Positions 29,171 to 38,129 of a stretch of 64,000 bases of DNA are shown here, in pieces. Each line of letters begins with the position of its first letter. Position 1 is the stretch's first letter. The notes beneath the pieces were generated by a model that saw only the letters and a list, made by a program, of their open reading frames with translations, made no database searches and was not told the origin of the DNA. The stretch lies in contig JAAKFI010000002.1 in the NCBI GenBank assembly GCA_011065125.1, positions 23 to 64,022 on the forward strand, given 5' to 3'. Both the position numbers and the translations under genes were made by a program. The stretch comes from Candidatus Anoxychlamydiales bacterium. Lineage in GTDB: Bacteria > Chlamydiota > Chlamydiia > Chlamydiales > SM23-39.

Positions 29171-30601
29171 TTATCCCACCGAATTTTCTAATTTTATGGA
29201 AAGTAATTTTTGTGCTTCTATAGCAAATTCAAAAGGTAGGTTTTTTATTACCTCTTGACAAAAGCCTTTTATTAATATTTCTATTGCTTCTTCCTTTGAA
29301 AATCCTTTTGTTTGAAGATAAAATATTTGATCTTCACTTAACTTTGAAGTTGAAGCTTCATGTTCAATTTTAGAGGTTTTGTTTCTTGATATAATAGTTG
29401 GGAATGTACTTACAGAACAATTATTGCCAACTATCATAGAATCGCACTGTGTATAATTTTTTGCATTTGTTGCAATTGGCGTCATTTTAACAAGACCTCT
29501 ATAACTACTTTTAGAAAAGTCTGCTGATATGCTTTTTGAAATAATTTTAGATTTTGTGTTTTTACCTATATGTATCATTTTAGTTCCTGTATCAGCTTGC
29601 ATATTGTTATTTGTTAAAGCTATAGAATAAAATTCTCCTATTGAATTATCTCCTTTTAAAATACATGATGGATATTTCCAAGTAATAGCCGATCCTATCT
29701 CTACTTGAGTCCATGAGATTTTAGAGTTTTTTCCTTTGCAAAGACCTCTTTTTGTAACAAAATTATAAATACCAGTATCTTTTTTATCTTTATCTCCCGG
29801 ATACCAGTTCTGAACAGTTGAATATTTAATCTCAGCTGAATCCAAAGCTATTATTTCAACTATTGCTACATGCAATTGTGATTTTAAATGAGCAGGGGCG
29901 CTGCACCCTTCTAAATAACTTACATATGAATTTTCATCGGCTATAATCAAAGTTCTTTCAAATTGACCAATTCTTTGATCATTAATCCTAAAATAAGTAG
30001 ATAGTTCTATCGGACACTTTACATTTTTGGGTATATATATAAATGACCCTTCAGAAAAAACACAACTATTTAAAGAAGCAAAAAAATTATCATCTATTGG
30101 AACAACACTTCCTAAATATTTCTTTATTAAATCAGGATATTTTTCAATAGCTTCAGATATAGGACAAAAAATTATCCCCATTTTTTCTAATTTTTTTTTA
30201 TGAGTAGTACCAATAGACACCGAATCAAAAACTATATCGGTTGCTACATTATTTAATTTTTTTTGCTCTTCTATAGATATCCCTAGTCTATCTAATGTTT
30301 TTAAAATCTCTTTATCAACTTCTTCTAAATTATCTAATTTTTGTTTCTTCTTGGGTTCTGAAAAATATGAGATGTCTTGATAGTTTATATTTGGATAATC
30401 AAGATTAGCCCATTTAGGTTCTTTTTTGTTTTTAAAAATAGAAAATGCTTTAAGTCTAAAATCTAAAATAAAATCCGGTTCATTTTTTTTTAAAGAAATT
30501 TTTTTTATAACATCTTCATTTAATCCCTTGTCAAAAGCAATAGATTCAATGTTGGTTGTAAAACCATATTTATAATTTGAATTTAAAATATCTTCTTTCA
30601 T
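29171..30601 (-). CDS. sufB: Fe-S cluster assembly scaffold SufB
   Basis: 476 aa. [26 protein letters not shown] and other SufB core blocks. Confidence 0.95.
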   Translation of the reverse strand: MKEDILNSNYKYGFTTNIESIAFDKGLNEDVIKKISLKKNEPDFILDFRLKAFSIFKNKKEPKWANLDYPNINYQDISYFSEPKKKQKLDNLEEVDKEILKTLDRLGISIEEQKKLNNVATDIVFDSVSIGTTHKKKLEKMGIIFCPISEAIEKYPDLIKKYLGSVVPIDDNFFASLNSCVFSEGSFIYIPKNVKCPIELSTYFRINDQRIGQFERTLIIADENSYVSYLEGCSAPAHLKSQLHVAIVEIIALDSAEIKYSTVQNWYPGDKDKKDTGIYNFVTKRGLCKGKNSKISWTQVEIGSAITWKYPSCILKGDNSIGEFYSIALTNNNMQADTGTKMIHIGKNTKSKIISKSISADFSKSSYRGLVKMTPIATNAKNYTQCDSMIVGNNCSVSTFPTIISRNKTSKIEHEASTSKLSEDQIFYLQTKGFSKEEAIEILIKGFCQEVIKNLPFEFAIEAQKLLSIKLENSVG

Positions 30602-30788
30602 TTAAAACAGCTTATTTTTTTTAAATAACACCATATTTTATAGTATTATTCACAAGCTGTCAATTGAGATATATTTTAATTAAAATAAAAATTTATAAAT
30701 ATTTTAATAAAAATTAATTAAAAAAATCACTCTTCATATTTAAAAATTATTAGCTTATAATTTCTACTAAAACTAACTATTTATTATT

Positions 30789-31736
30789 GTGATTCTATTA
30801 AAAGCGGCTAATTCATTTGATTTTTTTCAAAGAAAAATAATATTTAATCTTGGGTTATCAAAAGTAAAATCAATAATTCAAGAATGTGCATCTATTTTAC
30901 TGTCTCCTATAGCTAAAGCTTTTAAAATTTTAAATAATAATATTGTTTATCCTTCTTTAGAACATCTTGATAATTTAATTTTAAAAATAAGACTACTATC
31001 TAAAAACGATCCCCTAAGTAATCAAGCTTCTAAAATAAAAAAAGTAGCTTCTAAGGTCTTTGAACTAATGACTAAAAAAAAGATTTTTTGGACTCCTCAT
31101 CCTTATTTTGTATATGAAAATGATAAATTTCAATTTGATCAAGTAAATCTTGCAGATCCAAGATTATATGGTATTACAGGATTAGCTAAAGTTTTTCATG
31201 ATGAGTCTAATGAAAATATACCTTTTAAAAATTTAAATATTAACAGCTTTTTAAAATGGCTTAACGAATTTTCAAATATAAGAAAATATCTTTTAATGCA
31301 AAAAAATCCAATCGACGATCTAAATACTCAAAATGAACAGTTTTTTATGAATTGCGTGGATTTTATATACTATACACTACATAGCTTAAATTTAATTTCA
31401 AAAAAAGAGATACTAAATATTTATAAGAAATATTCTTCTTTTGAAGTAAAAGATAGATATTATGGTTTTAAATTAGATGCCTTCCAAGATATAGATAAAA
31501 ATATAAAAGAAAATGATATTATTTTGTGTTTTGATAAAAAGAATCACCCACTTCACATCTTATTTTACACCAAAAATAATAAAACAATTAGCTTGTGGAA
31601 TAGTATTACTGATTTTTCTATTAAAGAGATTTCCTTTGAGGAAATCGAAAAACATTCTTCTTTAAGAGGCGAAAAAGTTCATTTTAAATATTGCCCTATT
31701 GAAAAAGCATTATCTGATATTAAAAGCTCTATTTAA
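30789..31736 (+). CDS. Hypothetical protein (315 aa), GTG start
   Basis: Long stop-free frame. No family recognised. A possible Cys...His pair is discussed in findings. Confidence 0.5.
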   Translation: MILLKAANSFDFFQRKIIFNLGLSKVKSIIQECASILLSPIAKAFKILNNNIVYPSLEHLDNLILKIRLLSKNDPLSNQASKIKKVASKVFELMTKKKIFWTPHPYFVYENDKFQFDQVNLADPRLYGITGLAKVFHDESNENIPFKNLNINSFLKWLNEFSNIRKYLLMQKNPIDDLNTQNEQFFMNCVDFIYYTLHSLNLISKKEILNIYKKYSSFEVKDRYYGFKLDAFQDIDKNIKENDIILCFDKKNHPLHILFYTKNNKTISLWNSITDFSIKEISFEEIEKHSSLRGEKVHFKYCPIEKALSDIKSSI

Positions 31737-32482
31737 TTTTTAAGCATTATTATCGTAGCATTCCTACCTGTTTTATTATTTCTTCTATAAGAAAAGTATT
31801 CATCCTCTTTGCAATAAGTGCAAATATCTGCAACTTCAATATTTTTTTCTAAAATTTTTGCATCTTTTAATTGATCAATTGCTATTTGCAAAAGGTCAAA
31901 ATGTTTTTCTTCTTTTTCATAACTCCAAAAACTTTCTGGAAGCTCTTTTTTGAAATTTCTAAATTCGCTATGACAACTTTTTAAAGAAGGAGAAATGCAT
32001 ACTATAATATTTTCTGGTTTTGATCCTTTATCAATTAAAAAGTTAACTGTTTTTGCATATATATTTTTAGTAAGGCCTTTCCAACCAGCGTGGATAGCAG
32101 CAATTATTTGATTTTCCCTGTCATATAATAAACAAGCCTGACAATCAGCATGGGTAATAACAAGGGCAATATCTTTCAATTTAGTAACTAAAGCATCGCA
32201 GCTGGGCAGCTTTTCTAAATTAGCTTGTGTTATTTCAATAATATCATCTTGATGTACCTGATTTGAAAAAACTAATTTTTTAGCCTTTATGAAGTCTTGT
32301 ACGATTTTTCTATTCTCATTTACACTTTGTGGGTGATCTCCAACATTATTTGATAAATTTAAAGATTCAAATTCATTTTCACCGACTCCACCTTTTCTTG
32401 TAAAAGTATAAGCAAGCAGCTTATCTTCTTCATTTAAAATATCATATGTCAAATATTCTATGTTCCTTTTATCAAAACTCAT
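31733..32482 (-). CDS. pgeF: YfiH/PgeF-family (DUF152, Cu-oxidase_4) protein
   Basis: THADCQACLLYD, IHAGWKG and CTYC...FSYRR are the characteristic YfiH motifs. Confidence 0.9.
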   Translation of the reverse strand: MSFDKRNIEYLTYDILNEEDKLLAYTFTRKGGVGENEFESLNLSNNVGDHPQSVNENRKIVQDFIKAKKLVFSNQVHQDDIIEITQANLEKLPSCDALVTKLKDIALVITHADCQACLLYDRENQIIAAIHAGWKGLTKNIYAKTVNFLIDKGSKPENIIVCISPSLKSCHSEFRNFKKELPESFWSYEKEEKHFDLLQIAIDQLKDAKILEKNIEVADICTYCKEDEYFSYRRNNKTGRNATIIMLKN

Positions 32483-32619
32483 ATAAAGCCTCTTTTTTAT
32501 TACTTTATTAATTAACTTATATGATTTTTAAATTAAAATGACATTATTTTTTTATTTTTATTTTTTTATCTTTAAAAAATTTATTTTTTTTACTAGGTTG
32601 AGCATTAGAGGGGTTAGAA

Positions 32620-33618
32620 ATGAATTTAATGCAAAAAGAGCCAAACTTAAAATTTGGCATTACTATTACTATTTTAGCTTATTTTTGTTTTTCTATTTGT
32701 TCCACATTAGTTAAAATTTTAAGTCCCAATTTCTCAATTATGCAAATTCTATTTATTCAAAATAGCATCGCACTTTCTATTATTTTTCCTTATTTTTATA
32801 AAAATAGAAAAAAAAATCCTAAATTAAAAATATTTCGCCTACATCTAATTAGAGATTTAACAGGAATTTTTAGTTTTTTTTGTTATTACTTTGCTATAAA
32901 AAAAATAAATTTAGTAGATGCTACACTTCTTGCGTATACAGCTCCTTTTTTTACTCCTATTATATGGACAATATGGACAAAAGAAAAAATGGAAAAAGGT
33001 ATTTGGTGGACCATAATTCTTGGATTTATTGGCATCGGTTTTTTGTTAGAACCTAAAGAACATATGTTTCAGACTAGTTCTTTTATTGGCATAGGTGCTG
33101 GCGTATTATCTTCGATAGCTTTAGTTTCTATAAAAAGATTAAATCAAAAATTAGAATCCTTAACCAAAACTACCTTTTATTATTTTTTAGTAAGTTCCAT
33201 TGTCACTTTGCCTTTTGCCATATATCAATGGAAAACTCCTGATATTTATCAAATTTCTCTTCTTTTAACAATGGGGATTTTAATGGCAATAGGACAGCTT
33301 TTTTTAACAATAGCTTATAAACATGGAACCGCTTCATTTTTATCTCCACTATGTTATTCAACAATAATATTTATAGGAATCATAAGTATTATATTTTTTA
33401 ATCAAATTCCTTCTTACCTATCTTTAATTGGAGCTATTTTAATTATTTTAGGGGGAACTATATCGTATATTTTAAAAATCAAGCCTTCTCATTTCATGAA
33501 GTTATTTGAACATTCAAAAGAAGATAAAAAACATTGGTGGCGAAAATTAAAACTTCATCGCAAAAATCTTATAGATCAAGAAAAAGAAAAAGAAAAAGAA
33601 AAAAATATTAATCCTTAA
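32620..33618 (+). CDS. EamA/DMT-superfamily transporter
   Basis: 10-TM layout with two EamA-like halves. The C-terminal tail carries an EKEKEKEK repeat. Confidence 0.8.
   Translation: MNLMQKEPNLKFGITITILAYFCFSICSTLVKILSPNFSIMQILFIQNSIALSIIFPYFYKNRKKNPKLKIFRLHLIRDLTGIFSFFCYYFAIKKINLVDATLLAYTAPFFTPIIWTIWTKEKMEKGIWWTIILGFIGIGFLLEPKEHMFQTSSFIGIGAGVLSSIALVSIKRLNQKLESLTKTTFYYFLVSSIVTLPFAIYQWKTPDIYQISLLLTMGILMAIGQLFLTIAYKHGTASFLSPLCYSTIIFIGIISIIFFNQIPSYLSLIGAILIILGGTISYILKIKPSHFMKLFEHSKEDKKHWWRKLKLHRKNLIDQEKEKEKEKNINP
33580..33603. repeat. (GAAAAA)x4 hexanucleotide tandem repeat in the 3' end of the EamA gene
   Basis: Read directly: gaaaaa gaaaaa gaaaaa gaaaaa. The unit length is a multiple of 3, so copy-number change would stay in frame. 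Confidence 0.9.
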
Positions 33619-35209
33619 ACTCTTTATGGTAATCATTTAATACTTCTTTTATGGCTTTACCAATCTTCATATAATCATCCACTATTAGATTTGCAAGAGA
33701 TACCCTAAGCGAATAATTTGGTCCTTTAAACCCTTCTCCAGGTAAACATACAACAAATTTTTCTTCTGCTAACTTAAATAAAAACTCTAAAATATCTACA
33801 TTTTTAGTTAAGTGCTCAGCAAATTCTAATGAGTATTCTTGTTTAGCAAGTTCCTTAATATCAATTAAGGCATAATAATAAGTATTATCTTTTTCATTTG
33901 GTATTTTCAAATGTAAATTTTCATATAAATTAGTTATTCTTTTTACTAAAATCCCATGAATTTCTTTTTTGTAATCTTTTTTCACATCTATAATGTCATA
34001 TAATGAAAAAAGAGCCATAATCACTTGAAGAGGGCATGAAAGTCCTCCAGTGTGAGCTAAAGCTGAATCTCTACTATCCATTTCTAATCTATCTATAAAT
34101 TTTATTTTTCTAGGCTCTGTTGTAATACTTAAATATCTCTTATCTATTTCTTCTTGAATTTCTTCAGGTAAATCTTTTATCAATTTATCTATTATACAAT
34201 CTTCATGAAGCATAATAACGCCAAGTCTATAGCCTGTAACGCCAAAGTATTTTGAATATGAATATACACATATTGTGTTTTTAGGAATTTCTTTGATAAC
34301 TGAATGAAACCCATCAATAAAATTAGAATAAACAGTATCCGTTATAACTATTAAATCTTTTCTATCTTTTTCGACAATATCTGTTATTTTCTTTAATGTT
34401 TTGTCATTTATAGCAATTGAAGTTGGATTTGTTGGATTTACCATATATAATGCTTTAATAGATGGATCTTTTAATTTTTCAATTTCACTATCTGGTATTT
34501 GCCATTCATTAAATTCATCCCCTTCAATAAATATTTCTTCTAATTGAAACTCATGAAGTTTTGGGATTTCTAAATATGGAGAAAAAATAGGTGTTATAAT
34601 TGCTATTTTATCTTTAGGAGTTACTAAATTATTATATTTAAGTGAATTAAATATATAAATCATTGCAGCGGTAGCCCCTTCAGTAGCAAAAACGTCATAT
34701 TCCCCTTTTACAAGTTTTTTATCTGGGCAAAGTATTTGCTCCAAGTATTTTGTTACTATAGTTTCTACATGAGGAAAAATTCTAGGGGGCATAGGATAAA
34801 AATCGCCTAGTGCTGCATCAGCAAATTCAAATACAAACTCATCTTCTTCAAATTTATATTCTTTAATTGCAAAATCAATCGCATTTTTTAAAAAATCTGC
34901 TGCTTTATTATCTTTAATTTCATTTATGTAATCTTGAAATTCCTTGTAAATATTTTCTTTATCCAATCTAAATGCAACATCTGCAAACTCAGACTTAGAA
35001 GCTGCTAGATGAACTGCAAAGTTAGAAAAAATAACAAAGGCCTCTCTTACAATTGTATTAAAAAAATTGGGATTACCTCTTCCTGCATTTAAATATTTAT
35101 CATATTTTTTACCTTTTTTACTAAAACTTGTTTGAGCTGTTTTAATAAGTAAATCTTTTACCTCAAAAGGAGATAATTCATGTAATTTTTTAAAATCCAC
35201 TTTTTTCAT
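33608..35209 (-). CDS. asdA: Aspartate 4-decarboxylase (L-aspartate beta-decarboxylase, PLP-dependent, AsdA/AspD type)
   Basis: 533 aa, about 130 aa longer than ordinary class-I aminotransferases. The N-terminus LSPFEVKDLLIK...YLNAGRGNPNFFNTIVREAF matches the AsdA N-terminal signature as I recall it. PLP-lysine block YSYSKYFGVTGYRLG. Confidence 0.75.
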   Translation of the reverse strand: MKKVDFKKLHELSPFEVKDLLIKTAQTSFSKKGKKYDKYLNAGRGNPNFFNTIVREAFVIFSNFAVHLAASKSEFADVAFRLDKENIYKEFQDYINEIKDNKAADFLKNAIDFAIKEYKFEEDEFVFEFADAALGDFYPMPPRIFPHVETIVTKYLEQILCPDKKLVKGEYDVFATEGATAAMIYIFNSLKYNNLVTPKDKIAIITPIFSPYLEIPKLHEFQLEEIFIEGDEFNEWQIPDSEIEKLKDPSIKALYMVNPTNPTSIAINDKTLKKITDIVEKDRKDLIVITDTVYSNFIDGFHSVIKEIPKNTICVYSYSKYFGVTGYRLGVIMLHEDCIIDKLIKDLPEEIQEEIDKRYLSITTEPRKIKFIDRLEMDSRDSALAHTGGLSCPLQVIMALFSLYDIIDVKKDYKKEIHGILVKRITNLYENLHLKIPNEKDNTYYYALIDIKELAKQEYSLEFAEHLTKNVDILEFLFKLAEEKFVVCLPGEGFKGPNYSLRVSLANLIVDDYMKIGKAIKEVLNDYHKEFKD

Positions 35210-35210
35210 A

Positions 35211-36626
35211 CTATTCTACCTTTTCATTTTTTTTTGGTTTCCAGGATTCTTTTTTAGTTTTAATTATTAAAATTGGTAAAAGAATCAAAACAACTATGAA
35301 AATCGCAAGGGTTAACATATATATTTTGGGGTCTTTATCAGATAATTCTTTCGGAGGGAAAAAAGAGATAAAGATGCAAAATAAAGATGTTATTATTCCA
35401 ATGCTTGCAACTATCCACATACCAATATTTTTAAATGGTACTTTATATTTACGGTTAACTTTTGGCTGGGAATATCTTAAATGTATTCCCGCTATAAACA
35501 TCAATACATACATAGTTAAATAAAGCATAATACTAAGTGCTACTGAATAGAAAAATGCTATGTTTAATTGAGAGAATAATAAAAGAGATGCTAAAATAAT
35601 AGAAACTGAAATAGCTTGAATGATTAGCAAGTTAATCGGAGCTTTTGCTTTATTTGTTTTTCTAAAAAATTTTGGTAGATCACCATTTAATGCAGATTCA
35701 TAAACTCCTTTAACAGGTCCCATTAACCAAGTAACAATACTTCCCGTTTGGCCAATAGCTACTAAAATAGCCATTACAGGCACAAACCATTTTAAATTAA
35801 AGTCTGTTAGAAATAGATCGATTGCTTGTAAAATTCCAGCAATCAAACTTAAATCTTTAACAGGCACTATACTTCCAACTGAAAAAGATCCTAATATAAA
35901 TAATATAAACCCAATTAAAACAACTGCAAATATCGCAATCGGATAGTTTTTTTTAGGATTTTCAACGTTATTAGCATGAACAGCCGATGCTTCCAATCCA
36001 GCATAAGATCTTATAAATCCTATTAATAGAACTAAACTAGAAAGTTGTGAAAAATCGGGAATTAAAGATTTTTTTGTAAAGCTTAAATCTATTTGAATTG
36101 GTTTATTAGAAAACCAATAAATTATTCCTAAAGTTATTATTACAACTCCAGGAAACGCAACTCCTGATAAAAAACCAATTTTACTAATTTTAGCTGAGAG
36201 AGTAATTCCTTTAGAATTTAAATAAGTGCTTCCCCATAAAATAATTAAAGAAACTATAAGTAAAAACAATCTGCTTTTAGCTAAGTTTGGATCGATTACA
36301 TAAGCAAGTGAACCTGCAACAAAATAAAGCATTGCTATTTGTGAAATCATCATATAACTCCACTGCATCCATATCGCAAAAAAACCTGCTTTCTCTCCGA
36401 ATGCTTCCCTAACCCATATGTATATACCACCTCTTTTAGGCCAACCTGTTGCAAGCTCTGCTGACACAAAAGCTGCAGGGAGAGCAAACAAGATAGCAGC
36501 TAAAAGCCCAAAGAAAAACATTTTCATGCCAGTATCTGCTATCATCGGTAAGTTTCTAACACTTACCACAAAAGCAAGTGATACAAACATAATTGATGTT
36601 AAACTTAATTTTTTAAATTTCTTCAT
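35211..36626 (-). CDS. APC-superfamily amino-acid antiporter, GadC (glutamate:GABA antiporter) family, copy 1
   Basis: 471 aa. IPDFSQLSSLVLLIGFIRSYAGLEASAVHANNVENPKKNYPIA aligns by eye with E. coli GadC [44 protein letters not shown]. The C-terminal ...KVPFKNIGMWIV...FISFFPP block also aligns with GadC. Confidence 0.8.
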   Translation of the reverse strand: MKKFKKLSLTSIMFVSLAFVVSVRNLPMIADTGMKMFFFGLLAAILFALPAAFVSAELATGWPKRGGIYIWVREAFGEKAGFFAIWMQWSYMMISQIAMLYFVAGSLAYVIDPNLAKSRLFLLIVSLIILWGSTYLNSKGITLSAKISKIGFLSGVAFPGVVIITLGIIYWFSNKPIQIDLSFTKKSLIPDFSQLSSLVLLIGFIRSYAGLEASAVHANNVENPKKNYPIAIFAVVLIGFILFILGSFSVGSIVPVKDLSLIAGILQAIDLFLTDFNLKWFVPVMAILVAIGQTGSIVTWLMGPVKGVYESALNGDLPKFFRKTNKAKAPINLLIIQAISVSIILASLLLFSQLNIAFFYSVALSIMLYLTMYVLMFIAGIHLRYSQPKVNRKYKVPFKNIGMWIVASIGIITSLFCIFISFFPPKELSDKDPKIYMLTLAIFIVVLILLPILIIKTKKESWKPKKNEKVE

Positions 36627-36711
36627 AAGGAATTCTCTTTTTTTTCGTTCTTAATTTATGAAATATAAAAAAAAAGAATTAATGTCATATATAATCTTAT
36701 AAAAAGAGAAT

Positions 36712-38127
36712 TTATTTTTTGTAATTAGGGTTCCAAGAAGGTTTTTTTAATTTATGAATAATAAAAGGAATTGCAAATATTACTAAAACAAATATCAAAA
36801 TAGTTAATAAAAATTTAATATAATTTGTAACTTCTAATTGAGATGGCGGGAATACAGCCATAAGAAATCCTATAGTTACAGATGTCATTCCAAGAATGCA
36901 AACAATCCACATACCTATATTTTTAAAAGGGATTTTAAAAGATCTTTTTACATCCTTTCTTGTATACCTCAAACGAATAGCAGATAAAAACATTAAAAAA
37001 TACATTGAAAAATAAACCATCATGGCAACTACTAGGGCTATCCAAAAAGCAATATTTATATTTGCACCTAGTAACAAAAATAAAGATGAAGTAATCGATA
37101 TTATAAACGCTTGAATTATCATTAAATTAATAGGAGCATTTTTTTTGTTTACTTTTTGAAAAAATTTAGGAAGCTCTCCTTCTTGGGCTATTTCTAATAT
37201 GCCTTTTATAGGACCCATAAGCCATGTGCTAAAACCTCCGATTTGACCAATCGCAACAATAGTGCCAATAATTGGAAGTAAGTAAAGAAGATTGTTTTGA
37301 GATAAAAAATATCTGAAAATATTAATAATCCCTGCTACCAAATTTATATTTTCTTTTTTTTCAATTAATGCAATAGAAAAACCCCCGAAAACATTTATTG
37401 AAAAACATAAAAAAACTACAAATAAAATAGCGATGGGATAGTTTTTTTTAGGTTTTTTTACACTATTAGCATGAACAGCACTAGCTTCAATTCCTCCAAA
37501 TGCCCTCATAAATCCAATTAAAATTATTAAAGTTGATAAATTATTAAAATCAGGAAGTAAATTTTTAAAAGTAAAAGAGATATCTAAAATATTAGAACCT
37601 TGTAAAAAAAATTTTGTAAAGCTAATGGTTATTAATAAAATTGCTGGGAAAAAAATTCCTATAATAAAAAAAAACATTGAAATTTTAGTAGATACTTTTA
37701 ATCCTTTAGAGTTTAAATAAGTAAAAAGCCAAATAATAATTAGATTGCTACAAAGCAAAAAAAGTTTTTGGTTTGCTAAGTTTTCTGATATTGTAGAAGC
37801 AATAGTCCCCGATATAAAAAAAAGCATGGATATTACTCCAATGTTCATATAAGACCACTGAAGAAAAATTGCAACAAAACCCCACTTTTTTCCAAAAGCC
37901 TCCGTTACCCATACAGCTATACCTCCCATTTTAGGAAAAGCTGTTGCAAGTTCTGCTGAAACTAAAGCTATTGGTATATAAAAAAATATTATAGCAATCG
38001 TTGCAAAAAAGAACATTTGCATGCCTGTTGTTGCAATAAGAGGTAAATTTCTAATAGATATCCCAAAGGCTGATGCAACCATCATTAAGGTAAAAAGATT
38101 CATTACTTTTATAGGAGCTTTTTTCAT
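36712..38127 (-). CDS. APC-superfamily amino-acid antiporter, GadC family, copy 2 (tandem paralog)
   Basis: 471 aa, colinear with copy 1 and roughly half the positions identical by eye. It has the same GadC-type blocks (LPDFNNLSTLIILIGFMRAFGGIEASAVHANSVKKPKKNYPIA). Confidence 0.8.
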   Translation of the reverse strand: MKKAPIKVMNLFTLMMVASAFGISIRNLPLIATTGMQMFFFATIAIIFFYIPIALVSAELATAFPKMGGIAVWVTEAFGKKWGFVAIFLQWSYMNIGVISMLFFISGTIASTISENLANQKLFLLCSNLIIIWLFTYLNSKGLKVSTKISMFFFIIGIFFPAILLITISFTKFFLQGSNILDISFTFKNLLPDFNNLSTLIILIGFMRAFGGIEASAVHANSVKKPKKNYPIAILFVVFLCFSINVFGGFSIALIEKKENINLVAGIINIFRYFLSQNNLLYLLPIIGTIVAIGQIGGFSTWLMGPIKGILEIAQEGELPKFFQKVNKKNAPINLMIIQAFIISITSSLFLLLGANINIAFWIALVVAMMVYFSMYFLMFLSAIRLRYTRKDVKRSFKIPFKNIGMWIVCILGMTSVTIGFLMAVFPPSQLEVTNYIKFLLTILIFVLVIFAIPFIIHKLKKPSWNPNYKK

Positions 38128-38129
38128 GT

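Noticed and set aside
30602-30788. ACAGCTT...AAGCTGT palindrome arms in the sufB/orphan divergent region, considered as an Fe-S regulator (IscR/SufR-type) operator.
   Set aside because: The arms are only 6-7 nt and about 45 nt apart. There is no resemblance to known IscR/SufR boxes as I recall them. This falls within chance expectation.
33580-33603. (GAAAAA)x4 repeat, considered as a phase-variation switch.
   Set aside because: The unit length is 6 nt, so slippage keeps the frame. It only varies an EK-repeat tail at the extreme C-terminus of the EamA transporter and has no obvious on/off consequence.
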